Positions 27,961 to 37,022 of a stretch of DNA of 64,000 bases are shown piece by piece. Origin of the DNA: Alphaproteobacteria bacterium (GTDB lineage: Bacteria > Pseudomonadota > Alphaproteobacteria > UBA2966). The notes beneath the pieces are model-generated. The model was not told the DNA's origin. It did not search any database and worked only from the letters and a program-made list of their open reading frames with translations. Where the stretch lies: positions 704,001-768,000 of the forward strand of contig OZ219856.1 of NCBI GenBank assembly GCA_964291395.2, given 5' to 3'. The number at the start of each line of letters is the position of its first letter. The stretch's first letter is position 1. The position numbers and the translations under genes were made by a program.

Positions 27961-29462
27961 TCGGCGGCGACCGCCTGGGACGCGGGTCCCTCGATTTCAA
28001 AATTGAAATCGCCCTTCTTGACGCTGACGTACTTGAGCGTCGGACGCTTCTCGACTTCGTTCATGAGTTGCTTCAGCGGCGTCAATGCCGGGAGGGGGTA
28101 ATCGGTCCTGCGTCCCGGCGCATCGCGCACGGCATAGAGTTCCTCGAGAACGGGCGGTTGATAGAAGGCGGCGAGCAGAAGGTCGTCGTCGGATTTGAAG
28201 GGGCCCCGTTCCTTCTTCAGCCGGGGGATCCAAGGTTCCACGAGCTCGCCGGCGCGCTCGACATTGGGCTCCTTCATGCCGAGGTGGTCGGCGGACTTCT
28301 CGATGATCCGCGGCAGGATGGGCCCGACGGGCCTGCCGTAGAACCCCATCGCGTAGCGGGCGATTTCGTCGGGAATGGTCTTGTAGCGTTCCCCTTGCGC
28401 CACGTTGATCACCGATTGGGTGACGATGTATTGCGCGAACGGGCTCACGACGACCGGATAGCCGAGATCCTCGCGGACTTGCACCGCTTCCACGAGCACC
28501 TCCTCGAACCTGTCGCTCATGCCGATATCGGCGAGCTGGGAGTGCAGGTTGGAGATCATGCCGCCCGGGATCTGGTGCTCATAGAGCTTGGGGTCGTAGC
28601 GTTTGTGGATGCCCAGCGGTTTGTCGTAACGCTCGGCCAGCGCGATGAAGTAGTCCGCCATTTCCGCGAGATCGTCGAGTTCGAGCTTGATCCCGTATCC
28701 CAGGTCGCCGAGATGCCGGACGAAGTACTCGGTCGGAGGCAGCGAGTCGGACCCCGCCATGGGACTGATCGCCGTATGCAGCACGTCGACACCGAGCGGG
28801 ACCGCCTCGAGGTAGCAGAGTTCCGCCAGCCCTCCGCGGCAGTGGGAGTGGAGCTCGAGCGGCATGTCCGGGCCGATGGCATTCCGGATCGCCGGAACCA
28901 GCGTGCGGATCCGGTCCGGCGTGAGCAGGCCGCTCGCGTCCTTGATGATGAAGGCGTCCACTCCGTGACCGATGATCTCCGTCGCGATATCCGCGTAGAA
29001 CCCGTCCGTGTGAACCGGACTGAGCGCGTAGGCAAATCCGGCGCAGCAATAGAGCCCGGCCTCCTTCGTCGTCTTGATGGCGAGTTCGATGTTCCGGACG
29101 TCGCCCAACGTGTCGTAGAAGGTGTGACGATGCATCCCGTTGGCGGCAATGCGCCGGATGGTCAGGTCGACGATGTCGTCAGGGAAGAAATCGAAGGTAA
29201 ACAGGCTCTGGCCGCGCGTCCAAATGTTGAGCGGCGTCCGCGTGCAGCGCTCCGCCATGAGGCGCATGCGTTCCCAGGGGTCTTCCCGCAGATACCGGAC
29301 GCAAACGTCGAAAACCGCCCCGCCTTCGAGGTCGATCCAGTCGAAGCCCATCTCGTCCATGCGCGGGGCGAAGGGCATGATCATGTCGTTGGTGATGCGC
29401 GTCGCCCACAGCGATTGCGGGGCATCGCGCACCGAGACGTCGACGAACTTCACCTCTTTCAT
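27957..29462 (-). CDS. Pyruvate carboxylase subunit B/OadA-type carboxyltransferase 2
   Basis: VRDAPQSLW, EDPWER, KDASG, HSH and HQIPGGMISNL motifs. Confidence 0.88.
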   Translation of the reverse strand: MKEVKFVDVSVRDAPQSLWATRITNDMIMPFAPRMDEMGFDWIDLEGGAVFDVCVRYLREDPWERMRLMAERCTRTPLNIWTRGQSLFTFDFFPDDIVDLTIRRIAANGMHRHTFYDTLGDVRNIELAIKTTKEAGLYCCAGFAYALSPVHTDGFYADIATEIIGHGVDAFIIKDASGLLTPDRIRTLVPAIRNAIGPDMPLELHSHCRGGLAELCYLEAVPLGVDVLHTAISPMAGSDSLPPTEYFVRHLGDLGYGIKLELDDLAEMADYFIALAERYDKPLGIHKRYDPKLYEHQIPGGMISNLHSQLADIGMSDRFEEVLVEAVQVREDLGYPVVVSPFAQYIVTQSVINVAQGERYKTIPDEIARYAMGFYGRPVGPILPRIIEKSADHLGMKEPNVERAGELVEPWIPRLKKERGPFKSDDDLLLAAFYQPPVLEELYAVRDAPGRRTDYPLPALTPLKQLMNEVEKRPTLKYVSVKKGDFNFEIEGPASQAVAAE

Positions 29463-29525
29463 TGGCGAGCCTCCGGATGGCAAGGAACGGCGGCGGATGG
29501 AATTTAGCGGCTCGCCGCCGCTTCG

Positions 29526-30362
29526 TCACGGTCGGGAGGACACGTTCCGGCCGGGGGAGCCGGCCGTGATGGCGTCGTCGGAGAGCTCGGCGAGATCTTC
29601 CCGATAGGGATAGTTCACATAGGGCGTCATATGTTCCCGCTTGATTTTCGACTCGACGGGAAGGTTGTCCGACCGGTTGTAGATGAACATCAGATACAGT
29701 CGGTCCCGGTCCGAGTGGTTCTCCCCCGACCCGTGCATGATTTCGGGCGCGAAGAGGATCACGTCGCCGGGCTTCCCTTCGATGAACTCGGGCGACGTCT
29801 CCGCGAGCATCTTTTTCACGTACGCATCGGGCGCGTTGAAGGACTGGTAGCCCACGGACTCGGTATCGAAGAACAGCTCGCCCACGCCGTGCCGGTGGGA
29901 TCCCGGCAGAACCCGCATGGCGCCGTTCTCCGGCGTCGATTCCGTCAAGAGGACACAGATCGTGATCATGTCGTTGACGGAGCCGCGCCGGATGCCGTCG
30001 TTGATCCAGTTCGCGAAGTCGGTGTGCCAGGGATATCCCTCGCCCACGCGTCCCATCTTGGCGTTGACACGCGTCTGAAACAGGTAGACGTGTCCGCCTA
30101 GCAGCTGCTTCACGGGGCCGACAATGCGCGGGAGTCTCACGGCCGCGGCCACGGCTTCGGAATCGAGGTCGATCCCGAAGCTGACGCGCGTGGAGTCGCT
30201 GTTCAGCTCGGAGATGTTGCCGTCGGGATGGTTCCGGTCCGGCGACAGGATCGCATAACAGTCCGCGCGCAGGATCTCCATCTCCTCGGGCGTGAAGACG
30301 GCTGGAACCTTCAGATACCCCTCGGCGTAATAGGTATCGATCTGTGCCTGCGTAAGCCTCAT
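29526..30362 (-). CDS. PhyH-family Fe(II)/2-oxoglutarate dioxygenase (ectoine hydroxylase-like)
   Basis: WHTD, NGAMRVLPGSH and MHGSGENHSDRDR motifs. Confidence 0.88.
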   Translation of the reverse strand: MRLTQAQIDTYYAEGYLKVPAVFTPEEMEILRADCYAILSPDRNHPDGNISELNSDSTRVSFGIDLDSEAVAAAVRLPRIVGPVKQLLGGHVYLFQTRVNAKMGRVGEGYPWHTDFANWINDGIRRGSVNDMITICVLLTESTPENGAMRVLPGSHRHGVGELFFDTESVGYQSFNAPDAYVKKMLAETSPEFIEGKPGDVILFAPEIMHGSGENHSDRDRLYLMFIYNRSDNLPVESKIKREHMTPYVNYPYREDLAELSDDAITAGSPGRNVSSRP

Positions 30363-30526
30363 GCCAGTGCGGGTCGGGGTTGGGGCAAAGCGATCCTCAT
30401 ACTGTAGCACACCGCCGGCTTCCGTCTCTTCCCGCTGGTCGCGGGTCTCCGGCGACGGTGTATCGGTTCGTGGTTTGTCCCTATGATGGACGGACGACGA
30501 AAAGAGCGCGGAGTGGGAAGGACGCC

Positions 30527-31309
30527 ATGTTGCAGGGGAGGGCCGCGCTCGTCACGGGTTCGACGAGCGGCATCGGACTCGCGATCGCCGAAACGCTGGC
30601 CGCCGAGGGCGCCCGGATCATGATGAACGGGTTCGGCGACGCCGACGAAATCGAGGACATTCGCGCCGCGCTGGTCAGGCGCCACGGCGTGGAGGTGCGG
30701 TATTCCGGCGCGGACCTCACCGAGGCCGATCAGATCGACGGCCTCGTCGACGACACCGTCTCGGCATTCGGGTCGCTCGACATCCTGGTCAATTGCGCGG
30801 GCATCCAGATCATCGCGCCCATCGACGAATTCCCGCTCGACGGCTGGGACGCCATAATCGCGATCCACCTCTCCGCGACATTCCACACCACGCGTCTCGC
30901 TCTGCCCCACATGAAGGAGCGGCGCTGGGGCAGGATCGTCAACATGGGGTCGGCCCACGGACTGGTGGCATCCCCATGCAAGGCGCCTTACGTGGCGGCG
31001 AAGCACGGCGTCGTCGGGTTCACCAAGGCGACGGCCCTCGAGGCCGGCCCTTGGGAGATCACCTGCAATGCGATCTGTCCGGGTTTCGTCAAGACACCCA
31101 TGTACGACTTGCAGGCCGAAAATTTGGCGGCCCGGGAAGGGCGCGACGTCGAGGAATTCGTCCGGGAGCAAGTGGATACCCGGCATGCGTTGCCGCACAT
31201 CATCTCGGTCGAGGAGATCGCCGCCGCCACGGTCTTCCTCTGTTCGGACGGGGGGCGGTCGATCAGCGGGACGACTATATCCGTCGACGCCGGTTGGACG
31301 GCGGTCTAG
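30527..31309 (+). CDS. bdhA: 3-hydroxybutyrate dehydrogenase
   Basis: TGSTSGIG, AGIQ, SAHGLVASPCKAPYVAAKHG and CPGFVKTP motifs. Confidence 0.8.
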   Translation: MLQGRAALVTGSTSGIGLAIAETLAAEGARIMMNGFGDADEIEDIRAALVRRHGVEVRYSGADLTEADQIDGLVDDTVSAFGSLDILVNCAGIQIIAPIDEFPLDGWDAIIAIHLSATFHTTRLALPHMKERRWGRIVNMGSAHGLVASPCKAPYVAAKHGVVGFTKATALEAGPWEITCNAICPGFVKTPMYDLQAENLAAREGRDVEEFVREQVDTRHALPHIISVEEIAAATVFLCSDGGRSISGTTISVDAGWTAV

Positions 31310-31318
31310 TTCCACGTT

Positions 31319-31414
31319 CTACCAATAGACGTTGACATGCCAGACGGCGACGAGCAGGGCGAGTGCCAGCACGATAAACGGCAGGTAAGGCAGCACGTGG
31401 TGGAATAGTCTCAT
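31319..31414 (-). CDS. Putative 31-aa single-pass membrane protein
   Basis: MRLFHHVLPYLPFIVLALALLVAVWHVNVYW starts 8 bp after the TauE stop and fills the gap to bdhA. Confidence 0.45.
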   Translation of the reverse strand: MRLFHHVLPYLPFIVLALALLVAVWHVNVYW

Positions 31415-31422
31415 CGCACGAC

Positions 31423-32541
31423 TCACAGCCTGAAGGGCAATTCCACGAACATGTCGAGGACGTAAAGCGCGCCGGCGATGGCGGTGATCGCCCCCAGCAT
31501 GACCTTCAACGAGTATTCGGGCACGAAACGCTGAGTCTTGGCCGCGGCCCAGGAGCCGAAGATACCCCCGGCGGCGGCGAACAGGCCCCAGGCCCACTCC
31601 GGCGCGATGGCGGTTCCGGTTACCGCCGGCATGATTCCGCTGTAGGTGACGAGGGCCACGAGCGAGAGCACGATGACATAGGGGATCGTCGCCGCGACGA
31701 CCACGTACATAGGTAGCCGGTAGAGGGCTGTCAGGATCGGCACCAGCAGGAATCCGCCACCCACGCCCAGCGCCGAGGAGATGATCCCGACACCGAAACC
31801 GATCACGAACAGCGCCGATGGACGCACCGTCCAGGTCTCACCCCAGAAGCTGATCGTGATATGGTCACTGGCCTTGCTGACCGTCTCGATGGGCGTCCCC
31901 GGGGGCACGCCGGCGGGCGGGCGCCCCGCGGCGCGTTGGGCGATGGCCTCGGCCCGGAAGCGGGCATCGATCCCTTCACCGGAGTGACGGGAGAGGAACC
32001 CCCGGGCGGCCGCGACGCACAGGTGTCCGCCAACGAATACGAGCGCGAGGCCGACCGCGAACGTGAAGGGTTTGACGTCCGAGAGCCACGTCAATCGGAT
32101 GAACGGCCCGATCAGGGCACCCGACGCGCCGCCGACGCAGACCCACAGGGCGAAATCGAGGTTCCACTGCCTGTTGCGCCGGAACCCGAACAACGCGCCA
32201 AGCGGGTTGAACAGGGTCAGGATCTGAGTGGTCGGAGAGACGGCCGGGCCCGAAAACTGCAACACCGACATCGTGTAGGGGAGGGCGAAGATTCCCGATG
32301 CCTCGCCGACGAGAGCGAGCGTGTAGCCGGTCCACGCCCCCATCCACACGAGGTGCCAGATAGGGACCCGCACACCGGCGATGGGAAACTCGACGTCTCC
32401 TCCGGGGAGCGTTCCGTGCTGCAGGTATGCGGCCGCGAGGCCCGCCGTCAACGTCAATGCGATGAGCGGAAGCTGCTCGGCGAAGAACTCGCGCGCGACC
32501 GAGACCTGGCTTCCGCCGGGATTTGACTCCTTTCCGGTCAA
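31423..32541 (-). CDS. Sulfite exporter TauE/SafE family
   Basis: Multiple transmembrane segments with LGVGGGFLLVP; start codon uncertain. Confidence 0.85.
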   Translation of the reverse strand: MTGKESNPGGSQVSVAREFFAEQLPLIALTLTAGLAAAYLQHGTLPGGDVEFPIAGVRVPIWHLVWMGAWTGYTLALVGEASGIFALPYTMSVLQFSGPAVSPTTQILTLFNPLGALFGFRRNRQWNLDFALWVCVGGASGALIGPFIRLTWLSDVKPFTFAVGLALVFVGGHLCVAAARGFLSRHSGEGIDARFRAEAIAQRAAGRPPAGVPPGTPIETVSKASDHITISFWGETWTVRPSALFVIGFGVGIISSALGVGGGFLLVPILTALYRLPMYVVVAATIPYVIVLSLVALVTYSGIMPAVTGTAIAPEWAWGLFAAAGGIFGSWAAAKTQRFVPEYSLKVMLGAITAIAGALYVLDMFVELPFRL

Positions 32542-32734
32542 AGTGATCGTTTCTCAACCACGAGGATCACGGAAACCACCGAGGGACCGCGGCGGTATGC
32601 CGGGGCGAGCCTCGGTGACGTTAGTCCCGCGGCGGCATTTGGGTCCGCTCATCGGACTCTGACCTCGTTCAGGGCGTGTGAAACGGTGGGGCTTCGTTGT
32701 TGCCTGTCGGGCAAGGTACTCTTGGCAGGGATGT

Positions 32735-32773
32735 CCGCCAAGTCCCGCCAAGTCCCGTCAAGTCTCGTCAAGG
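32735..32773. repeat. Four tandem 10-bp repeats
   Basis: CCGCCAAGTC CCGCCAAGTC CCGTCAAGTC TCGTCAAGG. Confidence 0.85.
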
Positions 32774-32884
32774 CACGCATCCCATGTCTGTCCGAACGAG
32801 GTCGGGCCGGTTGTGGGCTCCCGCTTGCTGGGGCGCACAAGAATTTGTATTTTCGGAATCGATTGGAGCGCGAAGGAGAACGGG

Positions 32885-33760
32885 ATGTTCCAGGGATCAT
32901 TTGTCGCGCTGATCACGCCGTTTCGTGACGGCGAGGTCGACGAACAGGCATTTCAATCGCTCGTTGAGTGGCATATCCGGGAGGGGACGCACGGTCTGGT
33001 ACCGTGCGGAACTACGGGTGAATCACCGACCTTGAGCCACGCCGAGCACAAACGAGTCGTCGAGCTTTGCATCGAGGCGGCGGCCGGACGCGTTCCCGTC
33101 ATTGCGGGTGCAGGTTCCAATTCGACCCGGGAAGCGATCGAATTGACGGAGCACGCGAAAGAGGCGGGGGCGGACGCGACGTTGCACGTCACGCCCTACT
33201 ACAACAAGCCGACGCAAGAGGGGCTGTACCATCACTTCAAGGCCATCGCCGACGCGGTCGACCTGCCGATGTTCATTTACAACATCCCGGGGCGTTCGGT
33301 CGTCAACATGTCAAACGACACCATGGCCCGACTGGCGGAGATGACCCAGATCGTCGGCGTCAAGGACGCTACGGCGGATATCGCACGGGTCAGCAGCCAG
33401 CGTCTGCTCATGGGTTCGGATTTCATTCAATTGTCGGGTGAAGATTCCACGGCACTCGCCTTGATGGCGCATGGGGGACACGGCTGCATCTCCGTGACCG
33501 CGAACCTCGCCCCGCGGGCCTGTGCGGAGTTCCAGTCGGCGTGTCTGGCAGGCGATTTCGGCACCGCGCTGGAGTACCAGGACCGCCTGATGCCGCTGCA
33601 TACCGCCCTGTTCCTGGAAACGAGTCCGGCACCCGTCAAGTACGGGGCCAGTCTGCTGGAGCTGTGTACCGGCGAGTTGCGGTCGCCGCTGGTCGAAGTT
33701 TCCGACGAGACGAAAGGGTCCGTCAAAACCGCCATGCGCGCGGCCGGTTTGCTCAATTGA
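32885..33760 (+). CDS. dapA: 4-hydroxy-tetrahydrodipicolinate synthase
   Basis: GTTGES, PYYNKP, YNIPGR and GVKDAT motifs. Confidence 0.97.
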   Translation: MFQGSFVALITPFRDGEVDEQAFQSLVEWHIREGTHGLVPCGTTGESPTLSHAEHKRVVELCIEAAAGRVPVIAGAGSNSTREAIELTEHAKEAGADATLHVTPYYNKPTQEGLYHHFKAIADAVDLPMFIYNIPGRSVVNMSNDTMARLAEMTQIVGVKDATADIARVSSQRLLMGSDFIQLSGEDSTALALMAHGGHGCISVTANLAPRACAEFQSACLAGDFGTALEYQDRLMPLHTALFLETSPAPVKYGASLLELCTGELRSPLVEVSDETKGSVKTAMRAAGLLN

Positions 33761-33764
33761 CCGG

Positions 33765-34238
33765 ATGGCGCGCTCGGCGGGCGGCGCGGGACGGGCAATC
33801 GCCGTCAACAGGAAAGCCCGCCGCAACTATTTCATAGACGACACGTTCGAAGCCGGCATCGTCCTGCAGGGCTCCGAGGTCAAGAGCATGCGTGCCGGCC
33901 GGAGCAGCATCGACGAGGCCTATGCCACCGAACGCAAGGGCGAGTTCTTTCTGATCAATGCCCACATTCCGGGGTATGCGGCCGCGAACCGACAAAACCA
34001 CGACCCGCGCCGCGCCCGCAAGCTGCTGCTGCACAAGCGCGAGATCAGGCGGCTCGCGGGCGCCATTCAGCGGGAAGGGATGACGCTGGTTCCGCTCTCC
34101 CTCTACTTCAATGATCAGGGCCGGGCCAAGGTGGAGCTGGGTCTCGCCCACGGCAAGCGTAAGTACGACAAGCGCGCGGCGGAGCGCGATCGCGACTGGA
34201 GCCGGCAGAAAGCGCGACTGCTGCGGGACAAGGGATAG
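33765..34238 (+). CDS. smpB: SsrA-binding protein
   Basis: [21 protein letters not shown] and GKRKYDKR motifs. Confidence 0.97.
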   Translation: MARSAGGAGRAIAVNRKARRNYFIDDTFEAGIVLQGSEVKSMRAGRSSIDEAYATERKGEFFLINAHIPGYAAANRQNHDPRRARKLLLHKREIRRLAGAIQREGMTLVPLSLYFNDQGRAKVELGLAHGKRKYDKRAAERDRDWSRQKARLLRDKG

Positions 34239-34320
34239 CCACCTGGACGGTGCGGTTCCGCTGCGGCAAGTACGTCGCATGCGGACGTGGCGGTCCGACC
34301 CCGGTCGAACCGGAACCGGG

Positions 34321-34977
34321 TTAGCCGGCGTCCGGCGAGTCCCCGAGCCGCGCCTTCACGGCCGCGAACACATCCCGGAACATCGCCTCCGTCAGCCGAC
34401 CGGTATTCACGTTGTAGCGGGAGCAGTGATAGCTGTCCGCGAGCACGAGCGACTCTCGCAACCGGTGGAAAGCGCCGTGCCGGAACGGAAACAGTTTCCG
34501 CCGGATGTCCAGCGCGTCGAGAACGGCGGAGTGGGCGACGGTTCCGAGCGCAACGATCGCCCGAACTTTCTTCAGGGCCGCGAGTTCCGAAACGAGGAAC
34601 GGGCGGCAGGCCCCGATTTCCGAACCGACGGGGCGGTTCCGAGGCGGTACGCATCGAACGGCGTTCGTGATCCGGCAACCCACGAGACGAAATCGGTCCC
34701 TGGCGTTCTCGGAGTAGCGGCCGTGGGCCCAGCCGAATTCCCGGAGCGTCGGATACAGGAGCGCCCCGGCGGCATCACCTGTGAAGGGGCGCCCCGTCCG
34801 ATTGGCGCCCCGCAGGCCGGGCGCCAGCCCGACGACCAGGAGTTCCGCGTCCTCGCCCCCGAAAGAGGGCACGGGCGCGTTGTGCCAACCTGGCTCGGAC
34901 GTCCTGTTGTTCTCGCGGAAATCCACGAGGCGGGGGCAGAGGGGGCAGTTCCTGTCGGGCTCCAGCGGTACGGCCAT
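34321..34977 (-). CDS. Uracil-DNA glycosylase (family 5/UdgB, Fe-S)
   Basis: CPLCPRL, GLAPGLRGANRTGRPFTGD and HCSRYN motifs. Confidence 0.92.
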   Translation of the reverse strand: MAVPLEPDRNCPLCPRLVDFRENNRTSEPGWHNAPVPSFGGEDAELLVVGLAPGLRGANRTGRPFTGDAAGALLYPTLREFGWAHGRYSENARDRFRLVGCRITNAVRCVPPRNRPVGSEIGACRPFLVSELAALKKVRAIVALGTVAHSAVLDALDIRRKLFPFRHGAFHRLRESLVLADSYHCSRYNVNTGRLTEAMFRDVFAAVKARLGDSPDAG

Positions 34978-35054
34978 GGCGGACGGCGAGCTACGGACCG
35001 GAGAGCCGGACCGGGAGTCGGAGCGCAGCGCCCGGCGGGGAGGAATTGTTCAGG

Positions 35055-35681
35055 TCAGGCGAAGCGGCGGACGTCGTCGTCCAAGGCAATCTCGCGCCTG
35101 AGATCGTCCTCCTCTTCGATGTCGTCCGCGGGAGGCTCTTCACGTTGCATACGGACATCCCGCTCGATAAGCGCTTGAATGTCGCAAAGGTCGATGAAGT
35201 GATCGGCCTGACGGCGAAGCTCGTCAGCCACCATGGGAGGGCTTGATTCGACCGTGCTGACCACGGTGACCCGCGTGCCTTTACGCTGCACCGCGTCGAC
35301 GAGACGCCGAAAGTCGCCATCGCCGGAGAACAGCACGACATGGTCCACGTGCGGCGCCATCTCCATGAGGTCGACAGCGAGCTCAATATCCATATTTCCC
35401 TTGATTTTGCGCCGCCCCGAGGCATCCGTGAACTCTTTCGTCGGCTTGGTGACCAAAGTGAAGCCGTTGTAATCGAGCCAGTCGACCAAAGGCCGGATGG
35501 GCGAATACTCCTGGTCCTCGATCAACGCCGTGTAGTAGAACGCGCGAATGACGCGGGCCTGGGAGGAGAAATGCTCCCGAAGCCGCTTGTAATCGATATC
35601 GAAGTTCAAGGTACGGGCGGCGGAATACAGGTTGGCGCCGTCGATGAACAGCGCGATACGCTCATTCGGATAAAAGGTCAT
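35055..35681 (-). CDS. NYN domain (LabA/DUF88) protein
   Basis: FIDGANL, KGNMDIELAVD and SGDGDF motifs. Confidence 0.92.
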   Translation of the reverse strand: MTFYPNERIALFIDGANLYSAARTLNFDIDYKRLREHFSSQARVIRAFYYTALIEDQEYSPIRPLVDWLDYNGFTLVTKPTKEFTDASGRRKIKGNMDIELAVDLMEMAPHVDHVVLFSGDGDFRRLVDAVQRKGTRVTVVSTVESSPPMVADELRRQADHFIDLCDIQALIERDVRMQREEPPADDIEEEDDLRREIALDDDVRRFA

Positions 35682-35873
35682 CTCTCAAAATTCCCACGAA
35701 ATCAATTGTTCCAAGAAAAGGGGTCTCGACAGGCACAAACCGCGAAAGTTCCGCCCCTGGGCCAAGCTGCGGACCCCATCGCACAGGGCGCGACGTTATC
35801 GGCGCCCGGACTGACCCGGGCCCGGAATAGGATTTAGCACACAAGGTCTTGAGGGCAAGGGGATACCGCCTGG

Positions 35874-36401
35874 ATGCACGACAAAGTGATCCTGATCGGT
35901 TTGGGCGCCAACCTGCCGGGTCCCGCCGGTGCGACACCCTTGGAAACGCTGGAGGCCGTGCTGGAAGACCTTGATAAACGGGGCGTTCGCGTCAGCCGGC
36001 GCTCGCGATGGTACCGCAGCGCGCCGGTGCCGAAGTCGGACCAGCCCTGGTTCATCAACGGCGTGGCCGTCGTCGAGTTCGACGACGCACCCGGGAACCT
36101 TCTCCGGATCCTTCGGCAGGTCGAGGACAAGTTCGGCAGGGTTCGGCGAGTCCGCAACGAGGCGCGTGTCATCGATCTGGACATCCTGGCCTTTGGCGAC
36201 ATGGTCGAGACTTCGGGCACCGGAGACCGCGCCGAGGGGTCGCTCGAGCTGCCCCATCCCGAGCTTCAAAATCGCGCGTTCGTGCTCCGGCCAATGGCGG
36301 AGGTCGTGCCGGATTGGCGCCATCCCGTCAGCGGGCGAACCCTCGACGACTTGATTGCCGGTCTGCCGCCCGATCAGTTGGTGGAACCGCTGGACGAGTG
36401 A
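35874..36401 (+). CDS. folK: 2-amino-4-hydroxy-6-hydroxymethyldihydropteridine diphosphokinase
   Basis: GLGANL, ARVIDLDIL and LPHPELQNRAFVL motifs. Confidence 0.95.
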   Translation: MHDKVILIGLGANLPGPAGATPLETLEAVLEDLDKRGVRVSRRSRWYRSAPVPKSDQPWFINGVAVVEFDDAPGNLLRILRQVEDKFGRVRRVRNEARVIDLDILAFGDMVETSGTGDRAEGSLELPHPELQNRAFVLRPMAEVVPDWRHPVSGRTLDDLIAGLPPDQLVEPLDE

Positions 36402-36503
36402 CGTGGCGCAACCGCGGCGACGCAAGGCTCGGCCGTGCCCTTGCTTTGGCGAGTCATTGCGAATATGTATTGACTGGATATCTGGGACTTTCGGAGTTGA
36501 GCC

Positions 36504-36908
36504 ATGGCTCGCGTTACCGTCGAGGATTGTATCGACAAGGTTACGAACCGATTCGATCTGGTTCTTCTGGCCGGACAGCGGTCCCGCCAGATTTCCGCCG
36601 GTGAGGAACCGACGGTCGATCGCGACAACGACAAAAATCCCGTCGTTGCGTTGCGCGAGATCGCCGATACGACGATCGAAAACGAGGAACTTCGCGAGTC
36701 GCTCATTCGAAGCATGCAGCGGCATGTCGAACACGATGAGCCCGAAGAAGACGACATGGCTTTGCTCATGGCAGGTCAAGAGTGGTCCGCCGCCACGGGC
36801 TCGGGCGACGACCAAGGCGCGGCAGATGCCAGCGAGGAAGAAACCGTCGACGCCGAAGGGGCGGAGCCGGGTGATAGCGATGCCACCGGCGAACCGGAAG
36901 AGGCGTGA
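36504..36908 (+). CDS. rpoZ: RNA polymerase omega subunit
   Basis: [16 protein letters not shown] and [12 protein letters not shown] motifs. Confidence 0.97.
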   Translation: MARVTVEDCIDKVTNRFDLVLLAGQRSRQISAGEEPTVDRDNDKNPVVALREIADTTIENEELRESLIRSMQRHVEHDEPEEDDMALLMAGQEWSAATGSGDDQGAADASEEETVDAEGAEPGDSDATGEPEEA

Positions 36909-37022
36909 TCGAGCGCTCGATCTGAAATCGGCGCACGATCAGATTATCCACGATCGGCTGCGCCCTTCGTTTTCGGATAGTTGGAAGTTTCCTGAGCGGT
37001 GGTGGGAACCGCCGGGCAAGCC

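Noticed and set aside
20372-28101. Long alternative-frame ORFs (e.g. 20372-22702 minus, 26101-28101 plus)
   Set aside because: Antisense shadows typical of high-GC codon usage, overlapping well-supported genes.
33765-34320. tmRNA or tRNA near smpB
   Set aside because: No tRNA-like ends or T-loop motif found in the short intergenic space.
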